From Deltaproteobacteria bacterium (lineage in GTDB: Bacteria > Myxococcota > Kuafuiibacteriia > Kuafuiibacteriales > Kuafuiibacteriaceae): a stretch of 64,000 nucleotides of DNA. A program made the position numbers and the translations under genes. Shown one piece after another: positions 10,278-20,433 of this stretch (the first letter of the stretch is position 1; the number at the start of each line of letters is the position of its first letter). The DNA lies in assembly GCA_040218735.1 (NCBI GenBank), contig JAVJQW010000067.1:224559-288558 (forward strand). The letters run 5' to 3'. A model generated the notes under the pieces. It made no database searches. It saw only the letters and a list, made by a program, of their open reading frames with translations, and was not told the origin of the DNA.

Positions 10278-12329
10278 ATGAGGTTGTCGTTCGCGCTCGT
10301 CGCCGCGCTGTTCCCCTCCGTCGCGTCTGCGCAGGTCGTCATCAGCGAGGTGCAGCCGAACCCCAACGGTTCGGACGCCGCGGAGTGGATCGAGATCCAC
10401 AACGCGGGCGCGACGGCGGTGTCGATCGCCGGCTGGATCGTGAACGACTTCGGGCCGTCGACGCCGCGCGAGTACACATTCGGAGCCGGCGTGACGCTCG
10501 CGGCGGACGAGGTGATCATCGTGGCGCGGCAGGCCACGGCCTTCACCATCATGGCGACGACTGAGGCCTTCCCTGTGACCACGGCCGACTTCGAGCTCGC
10601 CGACGGCGCGGACGACGTGACGGTCCCGAACCTCGCGGTGACGACCGCGGGGACCGGCGGCTTCGCGCTCGGCAACAGCGGCGACGGCGTTCAGCTGCGC
10701 GACGACCTCGGCGCGGTGGTGAGCACCGCCGAGTGGGGGTCCGGGAGGACCGAGGTCCCCGGGACGCCAGCGCCGGGGCCCGCGTCGGGTGAGTCGATCG
10801 TCCGCGTCGCCAACTCGGGTGACGCGCAGCTCGACTTCATCGTCGTCGTGACGCCGACGCCCGGCACCGGGTTCGTGATCCTCCCGAACGTCCCGCCGGT
10901 GATCACGGTGCCGCGACGCGCCCCATTCGCGTTGGACCCGGCCCTCAGTTTCTCGTTGACGGCCACGGTCGTGGACGTCGACGACGGGGTGGCGAGCGTC
11001 GTCATGGCGTTCGCCACGGCGGGCGCCCCGACGGGGACCCCGGGAACGAGCTACTACGACCTGCAGGCCAACTCCGGGGCGGGGTCGGACCTCTATTCGG
11101 TGGGCGCGCAGTTGCCCGCGACGATGGTGACCGACTTCAACGAGCTGTACGTTCGGGTCTTCGTGCGCGCGACGGATGCGGGCGGCACGGTGACGACGTC
11201 GCCGCCGGGCGCCAACTCGGCCCCCTCGAACCCGAGCTTCTACTGGGAGAACTTCCTGCCCGCCGGGCTCGTCACGCCGATCGCGACGGCCCGCGACCAG
11301 GACGTCAGCGAGGTTCCGCTCTGGGATGGGCACAGCGTCCGGGTGGAGGGGGTCGCGCTGACGACGAACGAGGCGTTCGACAACGGCAGCACCAACTTCT
11401 TCATCGCCGACACCACGACCATCGACGCGATCCGGGTCTTCGACTTCTCGACGCCGACGCCGATCGCGCCGGGGGATCTGGTGCGGGTGGTCGGGAAGGT
11501 CGGTGTGTTCCGCGGCGTGCGGCAGATCGGTCAGGACGAGCGCGCGGATCAGATGAGCGTCTTCGGCCCGGAGGTCGAGGTCACGGTGATCGGCAGCGCG
11601 ACGGTCCCGGTGCGGTCGCTGACGATCGCGCAGCTGCTCGCGAGCGCCGAGACCTACGAGTCGCAGCTCGTCGAGATCGCAGACGTCAGCGTGACCGACG
11701 GGACCACGACCTGGCCGAGCGACGGCAACGTGGACGTGAGCGACGGGACGGGCGCGCTCGTGGTGCGCAGCGTCGCCGCGACGGACCTGCCCGGAAACGG
11801 CATCGCGCCAGGGCCGTTCCTGCTCCGCGGGATCTTCACGCAGTTCGCGCCCGGCGGGACGGGCGGGTATCAGCTCCAGCCGCGCTCGGCCGCGGACGTC
11901 GTTCCGAACAACCCGATCGTGGACGGCGGCGTCCCCGACGGCGGCAACGGCCGCGACGGTGGGATCGGCCGCGACGGTGGCGCCCCGGGGATGCGGGACG
12001 GCGGTGATCCGCGCGACGGTGGCCCCCCGGGGATGCGGGACGGCGGTGCTCCGCGCGACGGCGGAGGTGCGCCGCGCGACGGTGGTGGTGGTGTGCCCCG
12101 CGACGGCGGCGCTGCGGCGCGCGACGGCGGCTTCCGCGACGGCGGGCCTGGCGCGGTGCGCGACGGCGGCGCCGAGGTGCCCCGCGACGCCGGTGTCCGG
12201 GTCATCGTGGGCGGCGAGCGCGAGTCGGGCGGCTGCGGCTGCACGACGCACGAGAAGCGCGGCGGCGCGCCCTGGTTTGCGTTGATTGGCGTCTTCTGGC
12301 TGGTCCGACGACGACGACCGCACGTTTGA
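10278..12329 (+). CDS. secreted/surface lamin-tail domain and OB-fold protein with RDGG linker and MYXO-CTERM-like tail
   Basis: Signal peptide; VVISEVQPNP..EWIEIHN (LTD); about 14 (R)DGG repeats at ~11920-12190; GGCGCTT...hydrophobic stretch...RRRR. Confidence 0.85.
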   Translation: MRLSFALVAALFPSVASAQVVISEVQPNPNGSDAAEWIEIHNAGATAVSIAGWIVNDFGPSTPREYTFGAGVTLAADEVIIVARQATAFTIMATTEAFPVTTADFELADGADDVTVPNLAVTTAGTGGFALGNSGDGVQLRDDLGAVVSTAEWGSGRTEVPGTPAPGPASGESIVRVANSGDAQLDFIVVVTPTPGTGFVILPNVPPVITVPRRAPFALDPALSFSLTATVVDVDDGVASVVMAFATAGAPTGTPGTSYYDLQANSGAGSDLYSVGAQLPATMVTDFNELYVRVFVRATDAGGTVTTSPPGANSAPSNPSFYWENFLPAGLVTPIATARDQDVSEVPLWDGHSVRVEGVALTTNEAFDNGSTNFFIADTTTIDAIRVFDFSTPTPIAPGDLVRVVGKVGVFRGVRQIGQDERADQMSVFGPEVEVTVIGSATVPVRSLTIAQLLASAETYESQLVEIADVSVTDGTTTWPSDGNVDVSDGTGALVVRSVAATDLPGNGIAPGPFLLRGIFTQFAPGGTGGYQLQPRSAADVVPNNPIVDGGVPDGGNGRDGGIGRDGGAPGMRDGGDPRDGGPPGMRDGGAPRDGGGAPRDGGGGVPRDGGAAARDGGFRDGGPGAVRDGGAEVPRDAGVRVIVGGERESGGCGCTTHEKRGGAPWFALIGVFWLVRRRRPHV

Positions 12330-12454
12330 CGCCCGCGCTCGGGCCCCTACCCTCCTCCACATTGGCGCGCGGCGGCCGATTCCTTCATGCTGTACGCAGC
12401 AACGGGAACATCCGTACCGCGCTCACCGGTTGAAGGTTCCGTAGGAGGCTCGAT

Positions 12455-14146
12455 TTGAAGCTCGCACCCGTCGTATCCGCACTCGCCGTCGCCCTCGCGA
12501 CCCCCGCCTTCGCGTCCCCGCCGGCGCAGATCCTCGTCGACATGGTCGACGACACCGACGACGCGGACGAAGCCGCCCTCGAGGCCAAGCTCGACGGGCT
12601 GGACCTCCGCCTCAACTCCATCCACGCGGCCGACGAGCGGTTCTTCATCGCCGACGTCGACCCATCGCGCCTGCAGGACTACCTCGACCGCCTGAAGGGC
12701 GACCCGCGCGTCGAACACGCCGAGCCGAACTTCATCTACGGGCTCCCCGAAAACGAGATGGCGCAGACGTTCGAGATGAACGCCGCGCCAACGCGCGGCC
12801 CCAAGCCGCCGAACGACCCCCTCTGGGACAAGCAGTGGTCGTTTAGGATGATCGACGTGCAGTCGGCGTGGGAGACCACGCAGGGTGAAGGTGTCGTCGT
12901 CGCGGTCATCGACACCGGCGTCGCGTTCGAGGACCACAAGAAGTTCAAGCAGGTCGAGGACCTCGCGGGCACGCAGTTCGTGACCGGCTACGACTTCATC
13001 AAGGACACCGAGCACCCCAACGACGACCACGGTCACGGCACCCACGTCGCGGGGACGATCGCGCAGACCACGAACAACGGCGTCGGCGTCGCGGGCATCG
13101 CGCCCAAGGCGAAGATCATGCCGCTGAAGGTCCTGTCCAAGTACGGCTCGGGCAGCGCGGCGGACATCGCGGACGCGATCCGCTTCGCGGCCGACGAGGG
13201 CGCGCACGTCATCAACATGTCGCTCGGTGGCGGGATGCGCTCGTTCGTCATGCAGTCGGCGGTCGCCTACGCGCGCAAGAAGGGCGTCGTCGTCGTCTGC
13301 GCGGCGGGCAACACCGGCCGCGGCAAGGTGGAGTTCCCGGCGGCCTACCCCGGCTCGTTCGCGGTGAGCTCGGTCGGCCCGTCGAAGAAGAAGGCCTACT
13401 ACTCGAGCTACGGCAAGCAGATCGCGGTGTCCGCGCCGGGCGGTGACAAGCAGAGCCACGGCGAAGAGGGCGGCATCCTGCAGAACACGATCACGCCGAA
13501 CGCGCCCGGCAACCCGAAGCAGTACCTCTCCTTCCAGGGCACCTCGATGGCGGCGCCGCACGTCGCGGGCGTCGCGGCGCTGGTGATCGGCGCGGGCGTG
13601 ACCGACCCCTCGAAGGTCGAAGCGATCCTCAAGGACACGGCGACGAGCGTCGGCGGCTCTTGGAACAACGAGTACGGCCACGGCATCGTGAACGCGGGCG
13701 CGGCGGTCACGGCCGCGAAGTCGGCGAAGAGCGGCCTGTGGGCCTATCTGTCCGGCCTGCTCGCGTTCGGCGCGTTCTTCATCGGCCAGCGGAAGAAGCT
13801 CGCGGGCCTCGGCCTGGCGGGCGCCGCCGGCGCGGTGTTGGCGACGCCGATGGCCAACCTCGACCTCCTCGCCTTCGGCCCTACCTTCCACTTCTCGGCG
13901 CTGTGGGCCTCGGCGGTCCCGATGTTCGTGGCGACGGTGCTCCTGCTCGGCGTGAAGCGCCTGCGCGGCGTGCTGATCGGCCTGTCGGTCGGCTGGGCGG
14001 CCTACCTCGGCCTCAGCGCGATCTGCATGCCCGCGGACGTGTTGTTCATCCCGGGCGTCGCGTCGGTCCTCGACCGCGCCTGGCTGCTGATCAACGCGGG
14101 CGCCCTGACGATGCTGGCGCTCGTGACCGCCCGCGTCCGGCGCTGA
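12455..14146 (+). CDS. S8 (subtilisin) serine peptidase with C-terminal transmembrane domain
   Basis: VAVIDTG, HGHGTHVAGTIA, GTSMAAPHVAG catalytic triad motifs; several hydrophobic C-terminal helices. Confidence 0.95.
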   Translation: MKLAPVVSALAVALATPAFASPPAQILVDMVDDTDDADEAALEAKLDGLDLRLNSIHAADERFFIADVDPSRLQDYLDRLKGDPRVEHAEPNFIYGLPENEMAQTFEMNAAPTRGPKPPNDPLWDKQWSFRMIDVQSAWETTQGEGVVVAVIDTGVAFEDHKKFKQVEDLAGTQFVTGYDFIKDTEHPNDDHGHGTHVAGTIAQTTNNGVGVAGIAPKAKIMPLKVLSKYGSGSAADIADAIRFAADEGAHVINMSLGGGMRSFVMQSAVAYARKKGVVVVCAAGNTGRGKVEFPAAYPGSFAVSSVGPSKKKAYYSSYGKQIAVSAPGGDKQSHGEEGGILQNTITPNAPGNPKQYLSFQGTSMAAPHVAGVAALVIGAGVTDPSKVEAILKDTATSVGGSWNNEYGHGIVNAGAAVTAAKSAKSGLWAYLSGLLAFGAFFIGQRKKLAGLGLAGAAGAVLATPMANLDLLAFGPTFHFSALWASAVPMFVATVLLLGVKRLRGVLIGLSVGWAAYLGLSAICMPADVLFIPGVASVLDRAWLLINAGALTMLALVTARVRR

Positions 14147-14524
14147 ACCTACATTTCCCCCGCCTCACCCCGAAACGCGCCTGGCCTGGGCCGGTTGGCC
14201 CCCTTGCGGACGCCCCCCGACTTGGTTCGTAATGGAGGGACAGAGAGAGACGTGAATTTTCAGCCACACTACGAGGACGCCGCGCGTCACCGATGATGCG
14301 GCGGAGCTTCGACGCTCGAGTGGCCATGAGAGCGTAGGAGGTTGGAGGGACGGTCGAGTCGAACATCCAGAGCAAATCAACACGAAGAAACGATGAAGAC
14401 TAGCCGCTCTGTGCGGCGCCAGCGGCCGATGGAGGCGCTGGCAACATGTACGAAGAAGAAAATTCCACGGGGCGCGCCTGACGAGGTCGCGCCCCGTTCG
14501 TTTTTTTCGGCATACTCGCCGCGC

Positions 14525-15790
14525 GTGCCCAACGCACCGCTCCTGCTCTACACGCACCCCGACTCCGGCGAGCTCTTCTCGCGGCGGTGGCGTCTGTTCG
14601 TCGTCGACGGCGCCGACCGCGGCGCGACCGCCGACATCGACGACACACCCGCGCTGATCGGCGCGGCGCCCGCGTCGTCGCTCGTACTCACCGACGACAC
14701 CGTCTCGCGCTACCACGCGGAGATCGACGTCTTCGCCGAGGGCCTCCGCGTGCGGGACCTCGACTCCACCAACGGCACGTTCGCGGCGCCCGAGGACGGC
14801 GAGGAGTCCGACGAGCGCATCCGCGACGCCTTCATCGAAAACGGCGGCGCCTTCCGCGTCGGGCGCACGACGATCCGCCTCATCGCGGTCGACGAGCCTG
14901 CCGCCTCGGAGATCGAGACGGATCCCCACATGGCGCCGCCCGGCGCGGTCGAGCGCTTCGGGCCCCTCGTCGGTGTCTCGGCCGCGACGCGCGAGATCTT
15001 CCGCGTGGTCCGCAAGGTCGCGCCCTCCTCCAGCGCCGTGTTGCTGGAGGGCGAGGTCGGCACCGGCAAGGCCCACCTCGCGTACGAGCTGCACCGCCGC
15101 TCGACGCGCCGCGAGCAGCCGTACATCACGCTCGACCTCACGACCACGCCGCCCGACGAGCTCTCCAACGCGCTCTTCGGCGAGACCAACGGCGCCGCCC
15201 CGCGCCTCGGCCTCTTCGAACGCGCCAACCACGGCACACTCTTCATCGAGCACATCGAAGAGCTCCCGCCCGCGCTGCAACCTCGCATGCGGAGCGTCAT
15301 CGAGCGCGGTGAGCTGCGCCGCAACGGCGACAAACGCACGCGACGCATCGACGTCCGCTGCCTCACCTCCACGACCGTTCGCCTCCAGCAGACGTCGTTC
15401 GACCCGGGGCTCTACCGGCGCATCTCCGTCGTCCGCCTCAAGGTGCCCCCGCTCCGCGCGCGCCTCGACGACGCCGCGGCGATCGTGAACCACATCCTGA
15501 AGCGCGACCGGAACGCGGACCTCTCGATCGGCCCGAAGACCCGAGGCCTGCTCGACACCCAGCGCTTCGACAAGAACACCAAGGACGCCGCGCGCCTCGC
15601 GAGCCGCCTCGTCGCGTTGGAGCCGATGCGGCTGGAGGGCTTCGACGGCCTCTTCGTCGCCGCCTTCCTCCAGGACGTCCTCGCCGAGGAGCGCGGGCGT
15701 GTCTCGCGCGCTGCGAGCCTATGCGGGATCCGAGACCGCGAGATGTTCCGCCTCCTCAACGCGTACGGCATCGAGCTGGACGAGCTGTGA
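14525..15790 (+). CDS. FHA plus degenerate sigma-54 interaction domain protein
   Basis: FHA (VSRYHA..DLDSTNGT), GEVGTGKA; GAFTGA absent and Walker B altered to LFIEHIEE; start uncertain (frame open from 14342). Confidence 0.8.
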   Translation: MPNAPLLLYTHPDSGELFSRRWRLFVVDGADRGATADIDDTPALIGAAPASSLVLTDDTVSRYHAEIDVFAEGLRVRDLDSTNGTFAAPEDGEESDERIRDAFIENGGAFRVGRTTIRLIAVDEPAASEIETDPHMAPPGAVERFGPLVGVSAATREIFRVVRKVAPSSSAVLLEGEVGTGKAHLAYELHRRSTRREQPYITLDLTTTPPDELSNALFGETNGAAPRLGLFERANHGTLFIEHIEELPPALQPRMRSVIERGELRRNGDKRTRRIDVRCLTSTTVRLQQTSFDPGLYRRISVVRLKVPPLRARLDDAAAIVNHILKRDRNADLSIGPKTRGLLDTQRFDKNTKDAARLASRLVALEPMRLEGFDGLFVAAFLQDVLAEERGRVSRAASLCGIRDREMFRLLNAYGIELDEL

Positions 15791-15821
15791 CGCCCGCCCC
15801 TTTGATTGACCGCACCCGGCC

Positions 15822-16931
15822 GTGCCTACGATGGCCCTCGTGATCGACCGCCGTCGCGTCCTCCTCCCCCTCGTCCTGTTCGCGCTGGCCTCCTTCGCCT
15901 TCCTCCCCGACGCCTGGGCGGCCGCCAAGAGCGGGGCCGCCGGCGCGGCGTTCGTCAAATCCACATCGCTCATCGGTCCCCTCGGGATCTGTCCCCTCCT
16001 CGCGCTCGGAGCGCTGGGGGTCGCGGCGGCGAGCGGCCTGTGGGTGCCGCCGGAGGGCCTCGAGTTCCTCGCCCACCCGGCGGCGATCGTCTTGCTGCTG
16101 GTCTTCGGGGCGCTGATTCAGTTCGGCCGCAGCGCCAAACTCACGAAGCCCATCGCCGAGGCGCTCGGCACCGGAGAGTCGCTCGTCGCGATCCTCGCGG
16201 TCGGCCTCCTCATGGTCCCGCACTTCTCCACGCCCGCCTGGGCGACGGCGGGCCTCGCCGACGGCGCGCTGATGCTCACGGCGGGTCTGATGTCCGTGAC
16301 GGCGGTGATCGTCCTGCGCACCGCCCTGGACGTGATGACCTGGCTGACGCCGATCCCCTTCGTCGACGCCGTCCTCCAGGTCATCAAGGCGCTCGTGACG
16401 GTCGGCTTCGTGCTCCTCGCGGTCTTCTTCCCGAAGATCGCGATCGCGCTGAACCTCGCGCTCCTCGTCGCGACGTTCTTCCTCCTCCGCTGGGCCGTGC
16501 GCACCACGCGCTTCGGGCTCAACATCGCGTGGGACCTCACGTTCGGCCGCTTCTCGCGGGACACCGAGCTGCCCCGCGACGAGGTCGTCCCGGAGGACCT
16601 CGGGCCCTTCAAGGTGTTCGTGCTCGACGTCGACGGCGTGAAGCGCCGCGCCGAGGGGGTCCTGCACCTCGACGCCGGCCGGTGGTTCCTCGACCTCCCT
16701 CGCTTCGCCAAGGCGCCGCGCACGATCCGCATGGGTGAGGGTGAAAAGGGGGGCCTGAAGCGCACGCTCAAGGGCGCGGAGCTGAAGCTCGCCGGCGGCA
16801 CCGTGCTCCTCCCCCCGAGGTACAACCCGATCCTCGACGCGCTCGTCGCGGACACGGCGCTCGTCGTGGACGCGCCGCCGGCCGCGGGCGCGGGTCAGCC
16901 CCGACGCCAACCGATCGCCGCCGCCCACTGA
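15822..16931 (+). CDS. multi-pass membrane protein (DUF4126-like)
   Basis: Multiple hydrophobic helices; GICPLLALGALG and TPIPFVDA segments resemble DUF4126. Confidence 0.6.
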   Translation: MPTMALVIDRRRVLLPLVLFALASFAFLPDAWAAAKSGAAGAAFVKSTSLIGPLGICPLLALGALGVAAASGLWVPPEGLEFLAHPAAIVLLLVFGALIQFGRSAKLTKPIAEALGTGESLVAILAVGLLMVPHFSTPAWATAGLADGALMLTAGLMSVTAVIVLRTALDVMTWLTPIPFVDAVLQVIKALVTVGFVLLAVFFPKIAIALNLALLVATFFLLRWAVRTTRFGLNIAWDLTFGRFSRDTELPRDEVVPEDLGPFKVFVLDVDGVKRRAEGVLHLDAGRWFLDLPRFAKAPRTIRMGEGEKGGLKRTLKGAELKLAGGTVLLPPRYNPILDALVADTALVVDAPPAAGAGQPRRQPIAAAH

Positions 16932-16972
16932 CGTTTGCCAAGCGCCGCCCGTCGTCGGTATGGACGACACCG

Positions 16973-18061
16973 ATGCGCCGCATCCCGTACATCGTCCTCC
17001 TCTTCGCAGCCGCCGCCTGCAGCGGGAGCAACAACAACGACGACGACAACGTCGAACCGATGGACGCCGGCACCTCGTTCGACGCCACCGTCCGCGACGC
17101 GGGTCCCCGCGACGGCGGACCGGATCGCACCGCGGACGCCGGCTTCGCGGATCCGTCGCTCATCCTCCAGGGCAGCGAGCGGGTCCTCGGCGCAAAGGCG
17201 TACATGGAGGTGCGCGGCACGCTCACGTCGACGATGCCGCCGGTCCTCTTCCTCGCGACCGGACCGTTGGTCGGGCTCGAGTACCTCGTGGAGCCGTTCC
17301 GCTTCCTGCTCGGGCCGGGCGGTGTCGAGGATCCCGACCGTCTGCTGATCTTCGCGGACCTTCGTGCCGTGGGTCGCAGCAGCTTCGGCTCGACGGGCAC
17401 CGCGACCGTGTCGTTCGAAAACCACCTGATCGACATGGACAACTACCTGCTGCACCTCGAGGACCGCCTCGGGATCAGCGGGCCGTACGATCTGGTCGGT
17501 CACGGCTACGGCGGCGCGCTCGCCGCGCACTTCCAGGTGCAGCACCCCGAGAAGGTGAGCCGCATCGTGCTCGTGAACCCGTTCCCGACGGACATTTCGG
17601 AGCTCGCCGAGTCGAACGCGGAGGCCGACGATCGCCTCACGTCGCCGGATCGGATCCGGCTGCAGCAGCTGACGATGTGGCAGGTGTGTTTCAGGGATCT
17701 GAACCGCTGCTCGCTCGAGGTCTGGCGGGTCCGCGGCAAACACTATCTGTGTCCCGACAAGATCGCGCTCTTCGACACGATGCAGTTCGAGTACGCCGAC
17801 GTGCGGGCGTTCTTCTTCCACGTCGAGCCGCGCCTGCGCGAGGCGATGTACGACTGGGCGGACGTGCTGCCGCAGGTCTCCGCGCCCACCACGATGATCA
17901 CCGGCGCGTGTGACACGCAGCCGCCGCGGACGTTCGATCGGTGGGAGTCGTTCGTGCCGAACCTCGAGCGCCACGACCTGTCCGAGAGCGGTCACTTCCC
18001 GATGATCGAGGAGCCGGACCGCTTCCGTTGGCTCGTCAAACGTGCTCTGACCTACCCATGA
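16973..18061 (+). CDS. alpha/beta hydrolase fold lipoprotein
   Basis: Lipobox AAAC; DLRAVGRS; nucleophile elbow GHGYGG (Ser replaced by Gly); SGHFPMIEEP. Confidence 0.8.
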   Translation: MRRIPYIVLLFAAAACSGSNNNDDDNVEPMDAGTSFDATVRDAGPRDGGPDRTADAGFADPSLILQGSERVLGAKAYMEVRGTLTSTMPPVLFLATGPLVGLEYLVEPFRFLLGPGGVEDPDRLLIFADLRAVGRSSFGSTGTATVSFENHLIDMDNYLLHLEDRLGISGPYDLVGHGYGGALAAHFQVQHPEKVSRIVLVNPFPTDISELAESNAEADDRLTSPDRIRLQQLTMWQVCFRDLNRCSLEVWRVRGKHYLCPDKIALFDTMQFEYADVRAFFFHVEPRLREAMYDWADVLPQVSAPTTMITGACDTQPPRTFDRWESFVPNLERHDLSESGHFPMIEEPDRFRWLVKRALTYP

Positions 18062-18549
18062 CGATCGAAGACGGTACGTACCGCTTCGTCGCGAGCGCTT
18101 CCCGCGCGACCGTCGTGGCGGACGCCCCCGGTCACAAGTTCCGCGCGACGGGCGACGGCCTGGAGGGGACGGCGCGGGTCGAAGGCGGGCAGGTCGTCGA
18201 GGCCGAGGCCACGTTCCCGCTGTGGCACCTCGACGCCGGGGACATGCTCTCGAACCGCGAGATGAAGAAGTTCCTCGACCTGCCGCGGCGCCCGTCGGTG
18301 CGCGGCAAGCTCGCGGCGCCGGTCGCGGTCGAGGGCGGGCGTGGGAAGGGGCGCGTCGAGGTCGAGCTGCAGGGCCGCCCGACGAAGCCGATCGACGTCA
18401 CGTTCGACGTGAAGGGGATGAACGTCACCCTTCACCTGCAGGCGAGTTTCTCTGCATTCGGGCACAAACCGCCCAAGCTGCTGTTCATCAAGGTCAAGGA
18501 CGACTTCGATCTGACCCTGGACTGCCAGATCCAACGCGCGGACGCCTGA
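18058..18549 (+). CDS. YceI-like beta-barrel protein
   Basis: ATGA overlap; H-x-F early, LDAGD..NREM, C-terminal FGHKPPKLLFIKVKDDF typical of YceI. Confidence 0.65.
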   Translation: MTIEDGTYRFVASASRATVVADAPGHKFRATGDGLEGTARVEGGQVVEAEATFPLWHLDAGDMLSNREMKKFLDLPRRPSVRGKLAAPVAVEGGRGKGRVEVELQGRPTKPIDVTFDVKGMNVTLHLQASFSAFGHKPPKLLFIKVKDDFDLTLDCQIQRADA

Positions 18550-18600
18550 CCGACCATTCGCGCTTTTCGATGGGCGCGGCCTCCGCTAGGCTCTGACCCC

Positions 18601-18933
18601 ATGCGAGCCCTGATGCTCCTGTCCACGGTCGGTCTCTTCGCGCTCGGCGCCTGCGCGCCGCTGCAGAACCAGACGCACTACGAGCGCTGGGACGCCTACG
18701 CGGCGGCTCACCCCGAGGACATGGAAGAGGAGGACGGCCCCGAGGCCGCCCCCAAGGACATGAAGAAGGCCCCGGCGGCGAAGCCGGCGCCCAAGAAGCC
18801 GGCCCCGCCGCCGCCCGCCGCGCCCGCGGACTACAGCTCGCTGGGCTCCGGGACGCCGGCGATATCGGGGACGCAGACCGCGACGAAGAGCCGCGTGGTC
18901 ACCCCCGAGCCGGAAGACGAACCGCTCTACTGA
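18601..18933 (+). CDS. small Pro/Ala-rich lipoprotein
   Basis: Lipobox LGAC; fits the operon spacing. Confidence 0.7.
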   Translation: MRALMLLSTVGLFALGACAPLQNQTHYERWDAYAAAHPEDMEEEDGPEAAPKDMKKAPAAKPAPKKPAPPPPAAPADYSSLGSGTPAISGTQTATKSRVVTPEPEDEPLY

Positions 18934-18943
18934 GTGGATTCGT

Positions 18944-20395
18944 ATGTCGGAAGCCAAACGCACCGTCCTCGTCGCTGACGACGAGGCGAACCTACGCAAG
19001 GTGCTGTCCGCGCTGTTGCGCCGGGAGGGGTACGAGGTCCTCTCCGCGGCGGACGGCGAGGAGGCGTGGGAGATCCTCCAGAAGAGCCCCGTCGACGTCC
19101 TGCTGACGGACCTGAAGATGCCGCGCCTGGACGGCATGACGCTCCTGGAGCGCGTGCTCGAGGCCGAGCTCGGCGTGCCGGTGGTGATGCTGACGGCGCA
19201 CGGCACCGTCGACACCGCGGTGACGGCGATGAAGCTCGGGGCGTTCGACTACCTGACGAAGCCGTACGACCAGGAGGAGCTGCGGCTCATCATCCAGAAG
19301 GCGGCGGCGACGGCGGACCTCGCGACGACCGAGCCCGCGGAGGCGGTGGAGGGTCGCTTCGGGATCATCGGGCGGAGCCCGGCGCTCGAAGAGGTGTTCG
19401 TCACGATCGAGAAGGTCGCAGCGAGCCCGTCGACGGTGTTGATCACCGGGGAGTCCGGTACCGGCAAGGAGCTGGTGGCGGCGGCGCTGCACAAACACTC
19501 GCCGCGCAAGGACAAGCCGTTCATCAAGATCAACTGCGCGGCGATCCCGCGGGATCTGATCGAGAGCGAGCTGTTCGGGTACGAGCGCGGCGCGTTCACG
19601 GGTGCGGTGGGATCGAAGCCCGGGCGGTTCGAGCTCGCGGACGAGGGGACGTTGTTCCTCGACGAGATCGGCACGATCGGGATGGAGATGCAGGTGAAGC
19701 TCCTGCGTGCGCTCCAGGAGTCGGAGTTCGAGCGCGTCGGTGGGGTGACGACGACGTCGGTGAACGTCCGGCTGGTCGCGGCGACGAACGCGAACCTCGA
19801 GGCGGACGCTGCGGCGGGTCGGTTCCGCGAGGATCTTTACTACCGGCTGAACGTGGTGCCGATCGCCCTGCCCCCGCTGCGGGAGCGGCGCGACGACATC
19901 CCGCTGCTCGTGAAGTACTTCCTCGACAAGTACAACGCGCGGCTCGGCAAGCAGGTGGAGCGGCTGTCGGACGAGGCGATGGATCGGTTGGCGGTCTACG
20001 GCTGGCCGGGGAACATCCGCGAGCTCGAAAACGTGATGGAGCGCGGGGTGTTGTTCGCGGAGGGCGAGGTGCTGTCGCTCGACGAGCTGCCGAACGCGCT
20101 GCGGGACAGCGAGCCGGGATCGGCGTCGCGGCCGCCGCGCGAGTCGCAGGATCTGCCGCGGTCGGGCCCGGTGGGGCCGCTGAAGGAGATCGTCAAGGCG
20201 CACACGGAGACGCTGGAGAAGGACCTCATCACGCGGGCGCTGGAGGAGACGGGCGGAAACGTCACGAAGGCGGCGCGGAAGCTGGAGATCTCGCGGAAGA
20301 GCCTCCAGAACAAGATGAAGGAGCTGGGCCTACGTGATGCGCCCGAGGACGGGGAAGCCCAGGACTCGAACCCTCCGGAGCCCAGCCAAACTTGA
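18944..20395 (+). CDS. NtrC/AtoC-family sigma-54 response regulator
   Basis: REC (ADDE, TDLKMP, KP), GESGTGKE, GAFTGA, LFLDEIG, HTH. Confidence 0.95.
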   Translation: MSEAKRTVLVADDEANLRKVLSALLRREGYEVLSAADGEEAWEILQKSPVDVLLTDLKMPRLDGMTLLERVLEAELGVPVVMLTAHGTVDTAVTAMKLGAFDYLTKPYDQEELRLIIQKAAATADLATTEPAEAVEGRFGIIGRSPALEEVFVTIEKVAASPSTVLITGESGTGKELVAAALHKHSPRKDKPFIKINCAAIPRDLIESELFGYERGAFTGAVGSKPGRFELADEGTLFLDEIGTIGMEMQVKLLRALQESEFERVGGVTTTSVNVRLVAATNANLEADAAAGRFREDLYYRLNVVPIALPPLRERRDDIPLLVKYFLDKYNARLGKQVERLSDEAMDRLAVYGWPGNIRELENVMERGVLFAEGEVLSLDELPNALRDSEPGSASRPPRESQDLPRSGPVGPLKEIVKAHTETLEKDLITRALEETGGNVTKAARKLEISRKSLQNKMKELGLRDAPEDGEAQDSNPPEPSQT

Positions 20396-20433
20396 CGGGA
20401 TCACTGGGCTGGTTTACCGCCAAACGTGGCGGG

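Noticed and set aside
11920-12190. Short DNA repeats CGCGACGGCGG
   Set aside because: They encode the RDGG low-complexity linker of a surface protein
10062-12362. Long antisense ORFs (766 aa here and many similar)
   Set aside because: Typical high-GC shadow frames opposite well-supported genes; Arg/Pro-rich with no motifs
14150-14520. Lower-GC intergenic stretch with two TGGAGGGAC copies, possible sRNA or small ORF
   Set aside because: No convincing ORF, structure or terminator by eye
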